The notes below the pieces were generated by a model. That model saw only the letters and a list, made by a program, of their open reading frames with translations, made no database searches and had not been told where the DNA came from. Below, piece after piece: positions 38,991-51,494 of a DNA stretch of 64,000 bases. The stretch comes from Raillietiella orientalis (lineage: Eukaryota), in NCBI GenBank assembly GCA_036172245.1, contig JAYWIR010000094.1, forward strand, positions 186,001 through 250,000, in the 5' to 3' direction. Position 1 is the stretch's first letter; each line of letters starts with the position of its first letter. Made by a program: the position numbers and the translations under genes.

Positions 38991-41900
38991 TCGAACGCCT
39001 TGTGGAGAGCGACTGCGAGCGCAAGGGCCCCCTTCCCCGCCCGGGGGTCCCTTCCCAACAAGGCTGGCGGCCCCAATGTGGGGTTGCCGACTTTCCCTAT
39101 CCCTTTATTTTCTCTTCTCTGCAGGTGCACCCATGTGCTTGCGAAGAAGAGGTTGGCATCCATACTTCGCCCGGGAACAGCATAAGTCTGCTCCGGGCTG
39201 ATTACGGATTCTACCACCTGCCCCAGACGCGAAGCCCATAGCCCTGCTATTAACTTGGCGTCCGTATTTACGATCGTGATCGGACGCCAGTTCTTTAAAT
39301 CCCTGAGGTCTCCCCCTTTCGGAAGGAGCCTCACTCTGGCTGACAGAAACGAGGCGGGAACATCGCCTTCGTCTCGGATCAGCCTGTTCAACTCAAGCAG
39401 CAGGGGTGCCAGCTCTTCCGCGAAGCTCTGAAAGAACTTTGCGGGCAAGCCGTCTTCCCCAGGAGCTTTACACCTCTTGAGCCTTTCGATACCGGCGAGA
39501 ATTTCGCCGGTGGTAAAAGGCTCGTGGAGGCTTTCCATCTCCTCCTCCCCTATTGACGGGGCGCCATCCGGAAGCAAGCGCCGGAAAGGGTTTCAATCCG
39601 GGAGCTATCCGGCGTAAAGGGAGGTATAAAAACTCCGCACGAAATGCCGTACCGACGCCGGGGACGAACATTCCCGGCCCTGGTCGTCCAGCAAGCTGGC
39701 CGACCCGGATTGCCAGGCTTAGCGTTCGACCCAGGCGCGATACTCGGCCAGGCGACGGACATTAGGGGTTCCCTCGTACCTGCGAGCCCGTAAATAGGCC
39801 CTATGGTTGCGAGCACCCTCGCCGAATCCGGGGGGCAGGCGATCCAGGGGGAACTGCTCACAAAACTCTTGGACCGATTCCTTAAAAAGGTCCCAGCCCT
39901 GGAGATTGTGGAGCGTGACGCCTCTCAGGTATTCGCGAAGGTGTTCCTTTGCACCGGCAGACGCCAATCCCTGGATGGCGGTTTGCCAAACAGTCGCGCT
40001 TCAGGGATTCCAGCAACCTGGTACCCTAGCTGTATCCCCCCTTCTTGCTTGGAGCGTAAACGTTCGTGACGATCAGTTCGATCGAGTAGGACCAGCTGAG
40101 AATCAGCTGACCGATCCGACCGTCGTCATCGAAGCGCACGCCCTTCACGGCAGCGTCCAGAGCCGGCTTCACGAAGAAGGCGACCCCGCAGGTGTTGCCG
40201 AGGCCGCACCGGCAATACATACGACCCCCGCGATCGTCTCGATCTCCTGGGCGTCTGTCGCGGTGATCACGTGGATCTCCTGCAGCAGGGCCAAATGGAG
40301 CTCACGCAGGGTGTCGGCCGTATCTCGCCTGTTACCGTCGTCGCGCAGCCCGTTGACGTTCCAGCAGGCGGAGCGAATCCGACGGCGACTGGCGAGCCCA
40401 GGTGCTACTTCTGGGAAGAAGGCGATGCGGCGTCCGCAACCTGCTGAGGCGGGACGCTAGGTGGAATAGGAGGGTCAGGTGCTGAAAGCACTTAATCCCA
40501 CTCCTCTATAGGAAACTGTACGTCGAGCGGGTCACCCACAGGTGGGGTCGCGCCTACCTGTTCGCCCCCCTCCATGGGGGCGGGCTGTTCAGGCTCGGCG
40601 ACTGCAGGTAGGACTTCGCCCCCCTGCTCACACGCCTTCATGGGGTTGGCCGGCTCGACGGCTTCCGAGCGTAGGAGTTCCCCTCCGGGATTCCCACGCT
40701 ACCGCTAGCTTCCTGCTTCTCCTCCTCGCTGGTAAAGGGGAGGCGCCTCCTGGGTTTCTGGGACTTGCGTCCCGACTTCCTGGGGGGTGCCTCCGAGAAT
40801 GAGGATGCACTTCCGGCCCCCAGGTCCGACTCACCTGTGGGGGCCTTTTTCGCGGGAGCCGGCGTTCGCACGGCCTTGCGTGAGGGGTTCTCACGCTCCG
40901 CCAGCGTGGCCGCGAGCTCCTCCGCCGCCTTTGCGAACGCGGCGTCCTCGGTGTCGACCGGCGCGTCGCGCGGCTCACCCTCTGTTTGCACAGAGGGTTC
41001 GCCGTCGCGAACTTCGGGCGCGACGAAAACGGCGAGGGGAGGCTCGTCGCTCCGGGTGGCATCTTCGGGAACGACGATACGTTCCAGTGCCACCGTGCAC
41101 TCGCGTACGGTTTTCGAACGCGGCCAGGGTTTTTTCGCCTTACCTGCCGGCTTTTCTTTTTTCTCCTTCAAAGGAGCTTTTCTCTCTTTCCTGGCTGCTA
41201 CAAGTTGCCAGTCCTCTTCACCTTCCGCCTCTTGGGAAGGTTTATCCTCCGTCTTTTCTTTTGGAGGTTGAGGATCTGGCAGCTTCAGCCGGCTAGCGTC
41301 CGCCTTAGGTCTTGTGACCTCTAGTGCGGGTTTCCTCTGCGCCTTTTTTGCGGCAGGAGTAACCGGGGTGGAGCATTTTGGGCACACACGTCGAACGTGG
41401 CCCTTCTCCTTGCACATGTGGCATTGGATGTTAGGACACCTCTTGCGAAGGTGTCCTATGGTATCGCAGTAGCCGCAATACCGGGGCTTTCCCACGTACC
41501 AGAGGTCCACGCTCTCTTGCGCGACCTCCAGCTTGTGGGGAAGCCCACAGTTCTTACTCACGGTTACCCGCGCTGCAGCCTGGCCTCCGAAATGGCTATT
41601 AAAGTCTTCAAAGATTGTTGCCTTAGGCCACAACGCGTGCACCTCGCCGAACTTCTGTAGTTCTTGTGCTACCGCAGCGCGAGTCATACGGCTCGTTATT
41701 CCAGTTAAATGGACCAACATGGTGCGGTCCATCGTCACCGGCAAGATCTTCCGGCCGTCGACGTTCAACGGATTGGTGATTAGAGTCTGAGCCAACGTGA
41801 TCTTCTTGCACACCACCTCGACTCGCTGACCTCCGCTGAGAACGGACAAACCGTCCAGATCTTGTTCTCTTACTCCGGCGTTTTGCAGCACTTTCGAAAA

Positions 41901-42242
41901 CGCGCGTGCCGTTTTTCCGTCAATTAAGGGGCCTACCTCGTACATCAAGCGTGGCTTGTACCCAGCTGCTTGGTAGGCCGCCATCTCGGCCACGGTTTCC
42001 GCGCTCGGCGCGGCCACCATGGCGCTCCAGCTTTTCGCCTTGAACGGCTAGGGCGATTCCGGGGCGGACGCCCCTGATTCTGTAAACTGTGGGGGTGGGC
42101 AAGCCTCCCTCACCCCTACCTCCATCGTGGTGTCCTCAGACATTGCTTCCAACGGACACCAACGATGTTCCACAGTAAACAACACAAGAAAAAACCGCTA
42201 CCTGTCGACTCACTCGGAAGCGAAGAAAAAACACGTCCACTC
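38991..42242 (-). mobile_element. Element Q: 5' UTR, ORF1, internally deleted APE, and RT up to HKAFD
   Basis: GAGTGGACGTGTTTT start; 460-aa ORF1 stretch 40638-42020 (CGYCDTIGHLRKRC/CHMCKEKGHVRRVC); APE breaks off after NVYAPS near 40040. Confidence 0.92.
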
Positions 42243-42257
42243 GCCAAGGGCTTCTGC
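42243..42257 (+). repeat. Isolated 15-bp target-site remnant between tandem elements Q and R
   Basis: GCC AAG GGC TTC TGC resembles the host P-K-G-F-G codons. Confidence 0.75.
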
Positions 42258-45200
42258 GTTGTCACTCGGGTACGCCTGGGGCGTTTATTTGTAAACTCTA
42301 CATGCGTGGTACGAGGCCCCACCACGGCCGTAAACACGCGACCTGTCGGGACACCGGGACGCAGCCCGGTGTGGCACTCCCCGAAAGCGAAGGAGGATGG
42401 GGATAAGACAAAAAGAAAAATAAAAAGAAACAAACAAAAAGGAGTTGGAGGGAAGGGAAGGGATCACTGTTTGCTGTGGGGAGGGCCCATCCGTCGAACG
42501 AAGCCCTCGAGGTCAGTCTGCATATTCCCCAGTTGGAGCCATCCGGCAGCTCTTCGCAAGAAGCGTTGGACATGCGGGATGACATCCCTCGCCTGTGGAC
42601 CCACTCCTTCGTTGTTGGGTCGCTCCATGCCGCCACGATGCCACGGACGCAGCACAAGGCTGCGATGGCTGCGGCTGGCTGTAGTGCGTCCTTCACGAAG
42701 AGGAGCCGAAGAACGTCTCTGGGGGTGCTGCCCGTACAGAGCCCAAGGTTCGTCCCGAACCGTTCCCAAAGGGGTCGGAGGGCTGCACAATACACAATAA
42801 GGTAGGGAAGCGACTACCGCTCCCCGCAACTGGCACACGCAGGATCCACAGCTCCCCTCGTCCAGTGAAAGCGGCGCGCGTTGCAGGGTAAACCCCAATG
42901 CAACAACAGCAACGCCGACTCTTTCCACTTAAGGGGCAGGATCCTGGACTCCTTCATCACCGGGGGCCACTTCAGCTCATCCCTGGGGATGGCGAGCAGC
43001 TCGCCTTATCTTAATAATCCTCGCGGCTAGACGCTCGGGGTTGTGGCGTCGGCCAGTTCTCCTGTTGTCCAGCCGCTGATCAACTTCTTGCGTCCCTCGA
43101 TGCAGCAGGAGACTTGCCATCTTGGCGTCCGGCTGCTGTGAAGTGCCCTCCTCAGGAAGGGCAGCGCCGTAGCTAGGCAGGTCGTCTCTGCCCACGTGCA
43201 TCTTGCTCGACTCTCCAGGAGATTCCGCAGCGTGCAGCGGGCGATGCCACCCGGATACGCCGAGACGTTAATTAAAAACATTTCAACGGTCAATACAGAA
43301 CGTGGTACAAGGCCCCACTGACGGCCACGCAATACCGGAACTGCTGGAACACCGGGACGCAGCTCATTGTGGCTCTCCTCGGCAGTGGAGGGGGATGGGG
43401 GAAAAAACAAAAATAAAATAAAAGAGAATAACAAACCACAAAAAAAAAAAAAACAGTTTGGAGGGCCGGGAAGGGATCACAGTAAACTGCTGGGAGCTCT
43501 CATCCTTTGCAGCGGGCGTAGGGGCTGCATCCGAGAGGATTTCACGTTTTGTGGCTCCTCTGGTTAACCGCTGCCCACGTTCCAATATTCTCCTCCAGCC
43601 AAGCGGGGGAGTTGGCAAGGCAGCAAACCATCCAGCTGTTCTCCTTGGCCAATGTTGCCATGCGCCCGAGCTGTAGACCGCATCTTCGCATCTTCCGGCC
43701 ACGGCTCAGGAGAAAAGACGCGAGTCCATCGAACCGGGACACACGGCTGGCCCGGAGGCGTGCCGGAGTGCACCAAGGGGTGCTCCACATCTTCGCTGCG
43801 ATGGCGAGGGTTCGCCACCGCAGCTACTTCTCCACGCACTCCAGCGTCAGGAGGTCAAGACCGCCGTCCCGACGCGGAGCGCACAAGTCCTTCAGAGACA
43901 CTCGGGGCCTCCCCTTACCCCAAAGGGCGATACGGAGGAGGTCTTTCATCCTGTTCATCGATTCCACGGTGAAGGGGCACACAAAAAGCAAGGGGCGGAG
44001 GATGGGGGCGCGAAGGCGTTCCAAACCGCGGTCCGTTCCGGCAAGTGAAACTTGCCTCCGAGGAACGGGCCAATCGCCGTCTCCACTTTTCGGAGGCAGC
44101 TGGACCACGCTTCCGCAGGGGAGTAGTCCCCCAACGGCACACCTAGGTACTTGAAGCATTTCGCCGTGGGGATCTTCAGACAGACCCAGTCCTGCTGCCC
44201 TGCCCACGCTGCACCAACAGCCATCACGGACGACTTTGCCCTGTTCACCGTAAGCCCGGTGCCTCGATTCAGCAGGTCGAAGAACTTCTCGACCGCGGAC
44301 GCCGGGGTGGACATAGGGAGCAGTAGCAGAAAATCGTCCGCGTATGCCGAAACCGCAGGCGTACCAAGATAATCGCGCGGCAGGTGTGCCAGAGTCTCCC
44401 TGTACGCTCTCAGCACCAATTCGAAAAAGGCGGTTAAGAGCAGGTGGCTCAGGCTGTCTCCCTGCCGTATGCCGCGTCGCACCGGTACTCCGTGCACGGT
44501 TTGCCCTCTGAAAAGAACATTAATGAGCGCGTCGCGCCAGCTGGAGCGCAGGTAGGCCAACAAAGATGCCGGGAAGCCCAAGCGTTCCAGAAGCTCCAGT
44601 AGGAGATTCTGGTCGACGCTGTCAAATGCTTTACGCAAGTCGACAGCGACCGCAAGGGCTCCCTTCCTTACCCGACCGTTCCGTCTCCCGCCAACGGACG
44701 CACCGGAATTCCGGATGCTCAATAAGCCCCTTTTTTGTTGGAGCTTTAACCATGTGGAAGCGTGGAACAGGTTTGCCTCCATGCTCCGCCCGGGAACAGC
44801 ATAAGTCTGTTCCGGGCTGATGAAGATGTTGGCAACCCGTTCCAGACGCTCTACCCACATCTTGGCTATCAACTTGGCGTCCGCATTCACTATTGTGATG
44901 GGACGCCAGTTGTTCATGCTCCTTAGGTCTCCTCCCTTCGGGAGGAGCCGCACCTTTGCTGAACGAAACGAGGTGGAAACGTCACCTGTTTCGTGGATCA
45001 GCAAAGTGAGATGATGTACCAGAGGGGTAAGCTCTGTCGCGAAAGTTTGGTAAAACTTCGCGAGCAGGCCGTCCTCCCCTGAAGCCTTCCGCCTCTTGAG
45101 CTTTCCGATGGCCGAGAGAATCTCGTCCATCGTGAAATGCTCGTCGAGGCTTCTTTTCTCCTCCTCCCCGATCGCTGGAGCACCTTCCGGAAACAGAAGT

Positions 45201-45448
45201 CGTGAGACGTCTCGCTTCGGAGGCGCCCTGGCGTACAACGAGGAGTAAAATTTCTTCACAATTTCGCGCTTCTGAGCAAGAGCCGAGTGCTCCCGGCCCT
45301 GGTCGTCCAGCAAGCTAGCCGACTTGGATTGCCAGGCTTGCCTCTCGGCTCCCGCTCGATACTCTGCTAACCTCCGCATGTCGGGGGTTCTCGCGTAACG
45401 TAGGGCCTGAAGATAGCACCTCTCGTTACGCGACCCATTCCCGAATCC
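42258..45448 (-). mobile_element. Element R: ORF2 from the GFG site to the 3' terminus; chimeric; contains S
   Basis: GFGNGSRNERCYL...AYADDF...; terminus AATAAACGCCCCAGGCGTACCCGAGTGACAAC. Confidence 0.93.
43244..43507 (-). mobile_element. Element S: 264-bp 5'-truncated D-type copy with a perfect 11-bp TSD
   Basis: TGCAGCGGGCG at 43233-43243 and 43508-43518; the insert matches D ~15040-15300. Confidence 0.92.
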
Positions 45449-45458
45449 CTCTCCTCGA

Positions 45459-45825
45459 AAGCGGACGTGTTTTTCCGGCGCTACGCGAACGAGCAGCGGA
45501 AAGCGGTTTTTTTTTGGTTCAGTGTGTGCTTTTTCACATCGTTGGTGTCCGATGGCATCGCTGCCAGAGGACACCACGATGGAGGTAAGCGTGAGGGAGG
45601 GTAGCCTCCCCCCCACGGCCTACAGAATCAGGGGCATCCGCCCCGGAATCGCCCTCGTCGCCCAAGACGAGGAGGTGGAGCGCCAAGGTCGCCGCGCCGA
45701 GCGCGGAAACTTTGGCTGAGCAAGCGGCCTACAGGGCCTCCGGATATAAACCATCCCTGGTTTATAAGGTAGGAAACCTGTTCGACGGTCGCACCGCGCA
45801 TGCCTTTAGCAGGGCACTACAGGAA
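45459..45825 (+). mobile_element. Element T: 5' UTR and ORF1 start
   Basis: AAGCGGACGTGTTTTT; MASLPEDTTMEV; YRASGYKPSLVYKVG. Confidence 0.85.
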
Positions 45826-46350
45826 TTCCCCGGATCGTTCCATCGTCACCGGGTAAATCTTGCGGCTGTCTACCGTGAGTGGGTTACTTTGCAAACGGTG
45901 TGCCAAGGTGATGTCTTTGCACACTTCCTCGATGCGGTGACCCCCGCTGAGGGCGGAGAGGCCGTCAAGGACTTGTTCCAGTACATTCGCAGACTGCAGC
46001 GCCTTCGTGAAGGCACGTGCAGTATTGCCGTCCAATAATGGGCCTATCTTATAGACAAGCAAGGGCGTGTACCCTTCTAACCTTTAGACCGACTGTTCAG
46101 CCAAGGTTTCCGCGCAAGGCGAGGCTACCGTGGAGCTCCATGTCCTCGCCGTCGGAGAAGATGACTCCGTGTCGGATGCCTCCGTCAAAGTAGGCTGTGG
46201 GGATGAACTCACCTCCTTGATACCTACATCCATCGCGATGTCCTCAAGCATCGAAGCCACTGTACACCTTCGATGCGAAATCAAACACCACACAGGAAAA
46301 AAAACGCTTTCCGAACTCGTTAGCGGACCGACGGAGAAACACGTCCGCTC
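45826..46350 (-). mobile_element. Element U: 5' UTR and ORF1 start
   Basis: GAGCGGACGTGTTT at 46350; LVYKIGPLLDGNTARAF. Confidence 0.85.
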
Positions 46351-46860
46351 GCGGCAGGATCTGGGCAGCGGGTCCGCAACGAAAGGGCGTATTTGTATGC
46401 CCGTAATTACGTAAGGACCCCAACGTCCGTCGTCTGGCCGAATACCGCGTCGGGGGTGAGCGCGAAGTTTGGTAATCCAGGTCGGCCAGCTTGCTGGTCG
46501 ACCAGAGCCTGGAGCACTCGGCCCCGGCTAGAATACAACACCTCGTGAGATTTTATTCCTCCCTCTACACCAGGGCCTCCCCGGAGCGAGACGCCTCCCG
46601 GAGCTTGCTTCCGGATGATGCCTCAGTAATAGGAAAGGAGGAGAATTTAAGTCTCGACGAGGCTTTTACCACCGTCGAAATCCTCTCGGGTATCCAAAGG
46701 CTCAAGAGGCGTAAAGCTCCAAGGAAGGACGACTTGCCCGCAGAGTTCCTCCGGTGCTACGCGATAGTGTTGGCACCCCTGGTGCTTCAGTCGACATGAC
46801 TGATACGAGAGGAAGGCGGTGGGCAGCCAAACTAAACCAGAGGGGCAACGAAACGTGGAT
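46351..46860 (+). mobile_element. Element V: ORF2 fragment from the GFG-equivalent site, internally deleted
   Basis: AAGSGQRVRNERAYL...LKRRKAP; 46817-46860 encodes WAAKLNQRGNETW, homologous to WAAVNQRSHETW in A. Confidence 0.82.
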
Positions 46861-47640
<780 letters not shown>

Positions 47641-47654
47641 CTTGATGGCATCTA

Positions 47655-47958
47655 TACCCGAATGCAGAGGCCTCCCCACGGCGTACCGTGATCAGTTCCA
47701 TTTCCTCATTTTCCAAAAAACAGTGTCTTCTTAGCCTTTTTTCTTTTTTTCCCTATCTTTTCAGCCTTCTGAGCCAGAGGAGAGGACCTTACCTGCTTCA
47801 GGTTCGGTAAGGACAGGTCTTTAAAGACCTTCAGAACTCTGTCTGTCGAAACAAAAAGAAGAAAACTTTATTAATTTTTTTCAAAGACAGGACTGTTTAT
47901 GGAATTTTTATAGGTGAAAATTTTCCATAGTAAAAGCCCTGGCATAACCGAGTAGAGA
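47655..47958 (+). mobile_element. Element Y: 3' terminal fragment of the W/X family
   Basis: GGCCTCCCCACGGCGTACCGTGATC is shared with X near 51200-51225; end AGTAAAAGCCCTGGCATAACCGAGT. Confidence 0.7.
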
Positions 47959-47959
47959 T

Positions 47960-49000
47960 CCACGAAGATTCACTCGACGATACTTGAACTAGATTATGAA
48001 AAACCCGCGCAAATTGCTGTGCTGGCTCCTTCTACCTTTTTTTCTCCCTTGCTTCTCTTCCTCACAAACACTAGGGACAGAAACAATCAAGCACTGTTGG
48101 AGGTGTCCTGTTTCATTGGAGGCACAAGGAGACTATTAGAAGCGTGAACGATACAAGAGATATTGGACATTCCGTCTTCGAGCTTCAAGTCTAAAAAACT
48201 TCTGAATCCAAGCGAACTGCTCGGACCACGATCTTTTTGAGGACTTAGTAAAGATGGTCTCACAAAAATAATTTAAACGGAGAGCATGTCAGAGCCCGAA
48301 GACGAATCTGAACGAACAGTGATTAATTCACTGCCTTCCCTTGCTACAATAAATGTTTCGTCCTCTTTTTCAATTCTTTTCCTTTATTTGTGTGTTTCTT
48401 CTTCCTTTTCTTTCGTCCTTGAAGATCAGCGTTGTAAAGAAAATCTTCTTAATGAATACTTCGACATATCTGGTTGTTAAACATCGTTTTAGGTCGAGCA
48501 TTTCCTGCTCCTCTCGTGGGGTGGGCAATCCGTCCTGCACTACCAGATTTAGCGCTCGGCACTTGCCTTTCACTCTGCAAGATGCTGGAAGTACACGATT
48601 GTGGAAAAGGTAAGCGCCTTCAGAAATTTTCAACTATTAGCCACGAGTTTCCCGGGGCCGCGTGGAAGGCGATGCAAAGGGAACCAGCTGCAGAGCTCGC
48701 GGACAAAGCTTTTCAGATGGCCAGTGTCCGAGTGTTTTCAGATTACAAAGTCGCGGAGATGCTGACAAACATGTTCAGCGGCTTAACAATAGCTATGCCA
48801 TTTCCTTGAAAAGCTCCTGTTCTTGTACAGAGGGCTCTTGCCTAGCATGGGAAGCTCGAATTCCAATCTGTGCTGGTCCGGCAGCTCAGGTGGCATTCTT
48901 CCTGTCCTCTTCACGCAGGAATACAGGTTATCATCGAAAACCAAATAAATTAGCGATCCTTTTACCCCAGGTTCGCGGTTCATGAAGTTGGTTGCGTGCA
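47960..49000 (+). mobile_element. Possible highly decayed APE/RT relic
   Basis: Only weak motifs: SEL.SDH-like near 48215-48230 and SDYKVA near 48740. Confidence 0.35.
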
Positions 49001-50689
49001 CATACGCGCACATCTCGATGGCTAGCGAGCACACCATTGGGTAGATCCAGTCGTCCGATAGCAGGCAGACTTTGCAGTCCCTCGAGAATATGTGAGCCAA
49101 TTATAGGCTAAAAATATTCAGTTAGTGGCACTGCACTTTGCAAAAGAATGCGATCGATTTGGCGAGACAGTTTATGCCACTCGGCTCCTAGACGTTCGTA
49201 GCGAGAAGATCGATTGAGTCGAACCCTTTAACGACAGCTTGGTCCAATAGTCCGGTCTTGTCGTAATCAACGCCACGCATTGATTTCTCGAATTTGCCTC
49301 TTGCGAGAAACGCCACTGCATTCATACGTGCGACATCGCATTACAAAGGTGGCGTTCCCTCATCGCGTTTCTCGATATAGGCAGGGTTTAGTATTAATAG
49401 GTTTTTTTTTTGTAAAGTTGTCAGTTTATGGGGTTCATTTGTGACTTCCAAAAGCTCATGTGGAGTGTATTTCTTATGATTTTATGATTCCTCCTGGGAA
49501 TATATTAGAATAAGGAGGGTATGGAATAGAGCGGTTGTTTCTGAAGTATACTTATGGATTGCGCGAAAATCTCCAGAGAGATCTTGGTGCATTCCCTACG
49601 GAGGCACGAGCTTGATGGAGTGAAGGCCGTTGCCTGCTAGTTGCCTCTTTTCGACGTCCTGCATTTCGGTGACGTTCGCGCATGCAACAAACAGATGCCG
49701 ATAAGACGCATTTCTTCTTATTAGTGCTGATAAGATGTCAGCTTTTTGCTAGTTTTATTAGTCAGGAGGACAGTGAGCAGCACCACTTGTTGGACAGTAA
49801 TTTCGCCCACGGCCGCTATCGCTCTGCATGCAGCCGTGTGGCAACTCTGCAGTGCTTCCCTGAATCTTCTTCTTCACTTCCTAAGAAGCGGAGCACGTCC
49901 ACCCTATCCAACTGCTTTCGCTAACAAGTTCTTGTCCTGGTTCTTTATTCTGAGTGACTCCAGCAAATCTGCCGAAGGTGCAGACTTTTGGTAGGACAAA
50001 AAGCAATCGATGATCCCCCGATGGCAACTTGATGGAACTCAGAAATCGCTGGCTCTTCGCCTTCATCGAAAAACTGGCAGTGTCTGCTAGCTCCAAGGCA
50101 GTTCTGACATTGGGTTCCGTGATCACAGCGTCTCTTTTAGTTACGGTTGCTTTGCGGATGCGCGAGATTTGAATAGCGAATCGCGCTATCGCGTGAGGAG
50201 CCTGCTCACGGAATCCTCATCGCTCATTGCTTTTGAGAGAATCTTGGAACCAGGTTTTCGAGCGCATTTTATAGCCTTTTCATTCATGCTCTTCTTCACA
50301 ATCGTGCGTCTTACTTGACCATCGTTGGAAGCGATCGCATATCACTTCTTCAGAACTTCCGACGTTTCCACCACGACAAACAGCGGCAGTGCCTTCGCAG
50401 CAGGTTTGAACCGCTTTTTCGGGGTCTCGTTGGCAACTGCCAATGCTTGCCCTCTCACTGTGGAAGTGTAAAGCTTCTCGCGGCTGCGCGCCTGGACGCG
50501 GAAAGTGTTTTGGATTTCCAACATTCCAAGGTGGATTTCTCTTGCCTCCATCGAGGCATGAACGCTAACCAGCTACTGCGGTAGATCGTAAAACGATAAA
50601 CGACGTAAAACTCATGAAGGCGTGGACGCCCCGGAAACTAGGAGAAGCTACAACAACGAGTGTGCCGCCAAATAGAATTGTGCGCTGAA

Positions 50690-51494
50690 GCGAGGTGCTC
50701 GGTGTGTCTACGGAGAAGGTGAAATGGCCCCCATCGTTTCGTGGATATGGCATTCTTACCCTGGAATGGTAGAAGATGGCGTTGCTTCTGCTCCATTGGG
50801 GACTTTAAGCAGAGTGCGCCTGTCTCACTGGACATCGGAGAGTATGGATGTCAACTGCGCAGAGTGCGGAGAGGGAGACACCTGCCCCCACGTACTCATC
50901 GAGTGTGGTGCCCTCCGTCAGATGTGGGATCGACTCTCGTCGATCTTGAACATTCCGTGGGGCGACCTTCAGAACATTTTTAGACGCCTACTGAAGCAAG
51001 ACGCCATGCCAGCTTGCGGGTGTGTAGCTGTGCTCTGTTGCATACGCGGAATTCTAAAAAAATTAAACCGCCTCGAGGAGAGGCCTCATCAGTCGGACTG
51101 TCATCCACTGGGCAGCCATCTCGTTGGAGAAGGCCTGCCGTTGGCGTCGACTGAACAAACATTTGCCGGCACTTGTTCACATTCAAACCCGGATGCAAAG
51201 GCCTCCCCACGGCGTACCGTGATCCCTTTCCTTCCCTAACCACCCTATAGACATTGTCCTCCAAGCGTTTTTTCTTTTTATTGTTTCTTTGTTTTGTTTT
51301 TTTTGCTCTTCTTCCCGTTTCCTTCGTCAGTGGAGAAGACCTCATCGGCATACATTTCGGAAATGACAAGTGCATAAGACAATAAAAACAATGTGTTCTG
51401 AATGGAACACAAGTACAGACGAGAGGATTTCATTGTAAAATACGTGATTGTAAAAATTTTTAATAATAAAAGCTCCGGCTAACCCGGGTGGAAA
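50690..51494 (+). mobile_element. Element X: ORF2 C-terminus and 3' end, W/X/Y family
   Basis: CAECGEGDTCPHVLIEC, AVLCCIRGI; AATAAAAGCTCCGGCTAACCCGGGTGG at 51465-51491. Confidence 0.85.

Noticed and set aside
43955..45616. 553-aa ORF with a novel N-terminus fused to RT
   Set aside because: The N-terminus is the antisense strand of element T's 5' UTR, read through the insertion junction.
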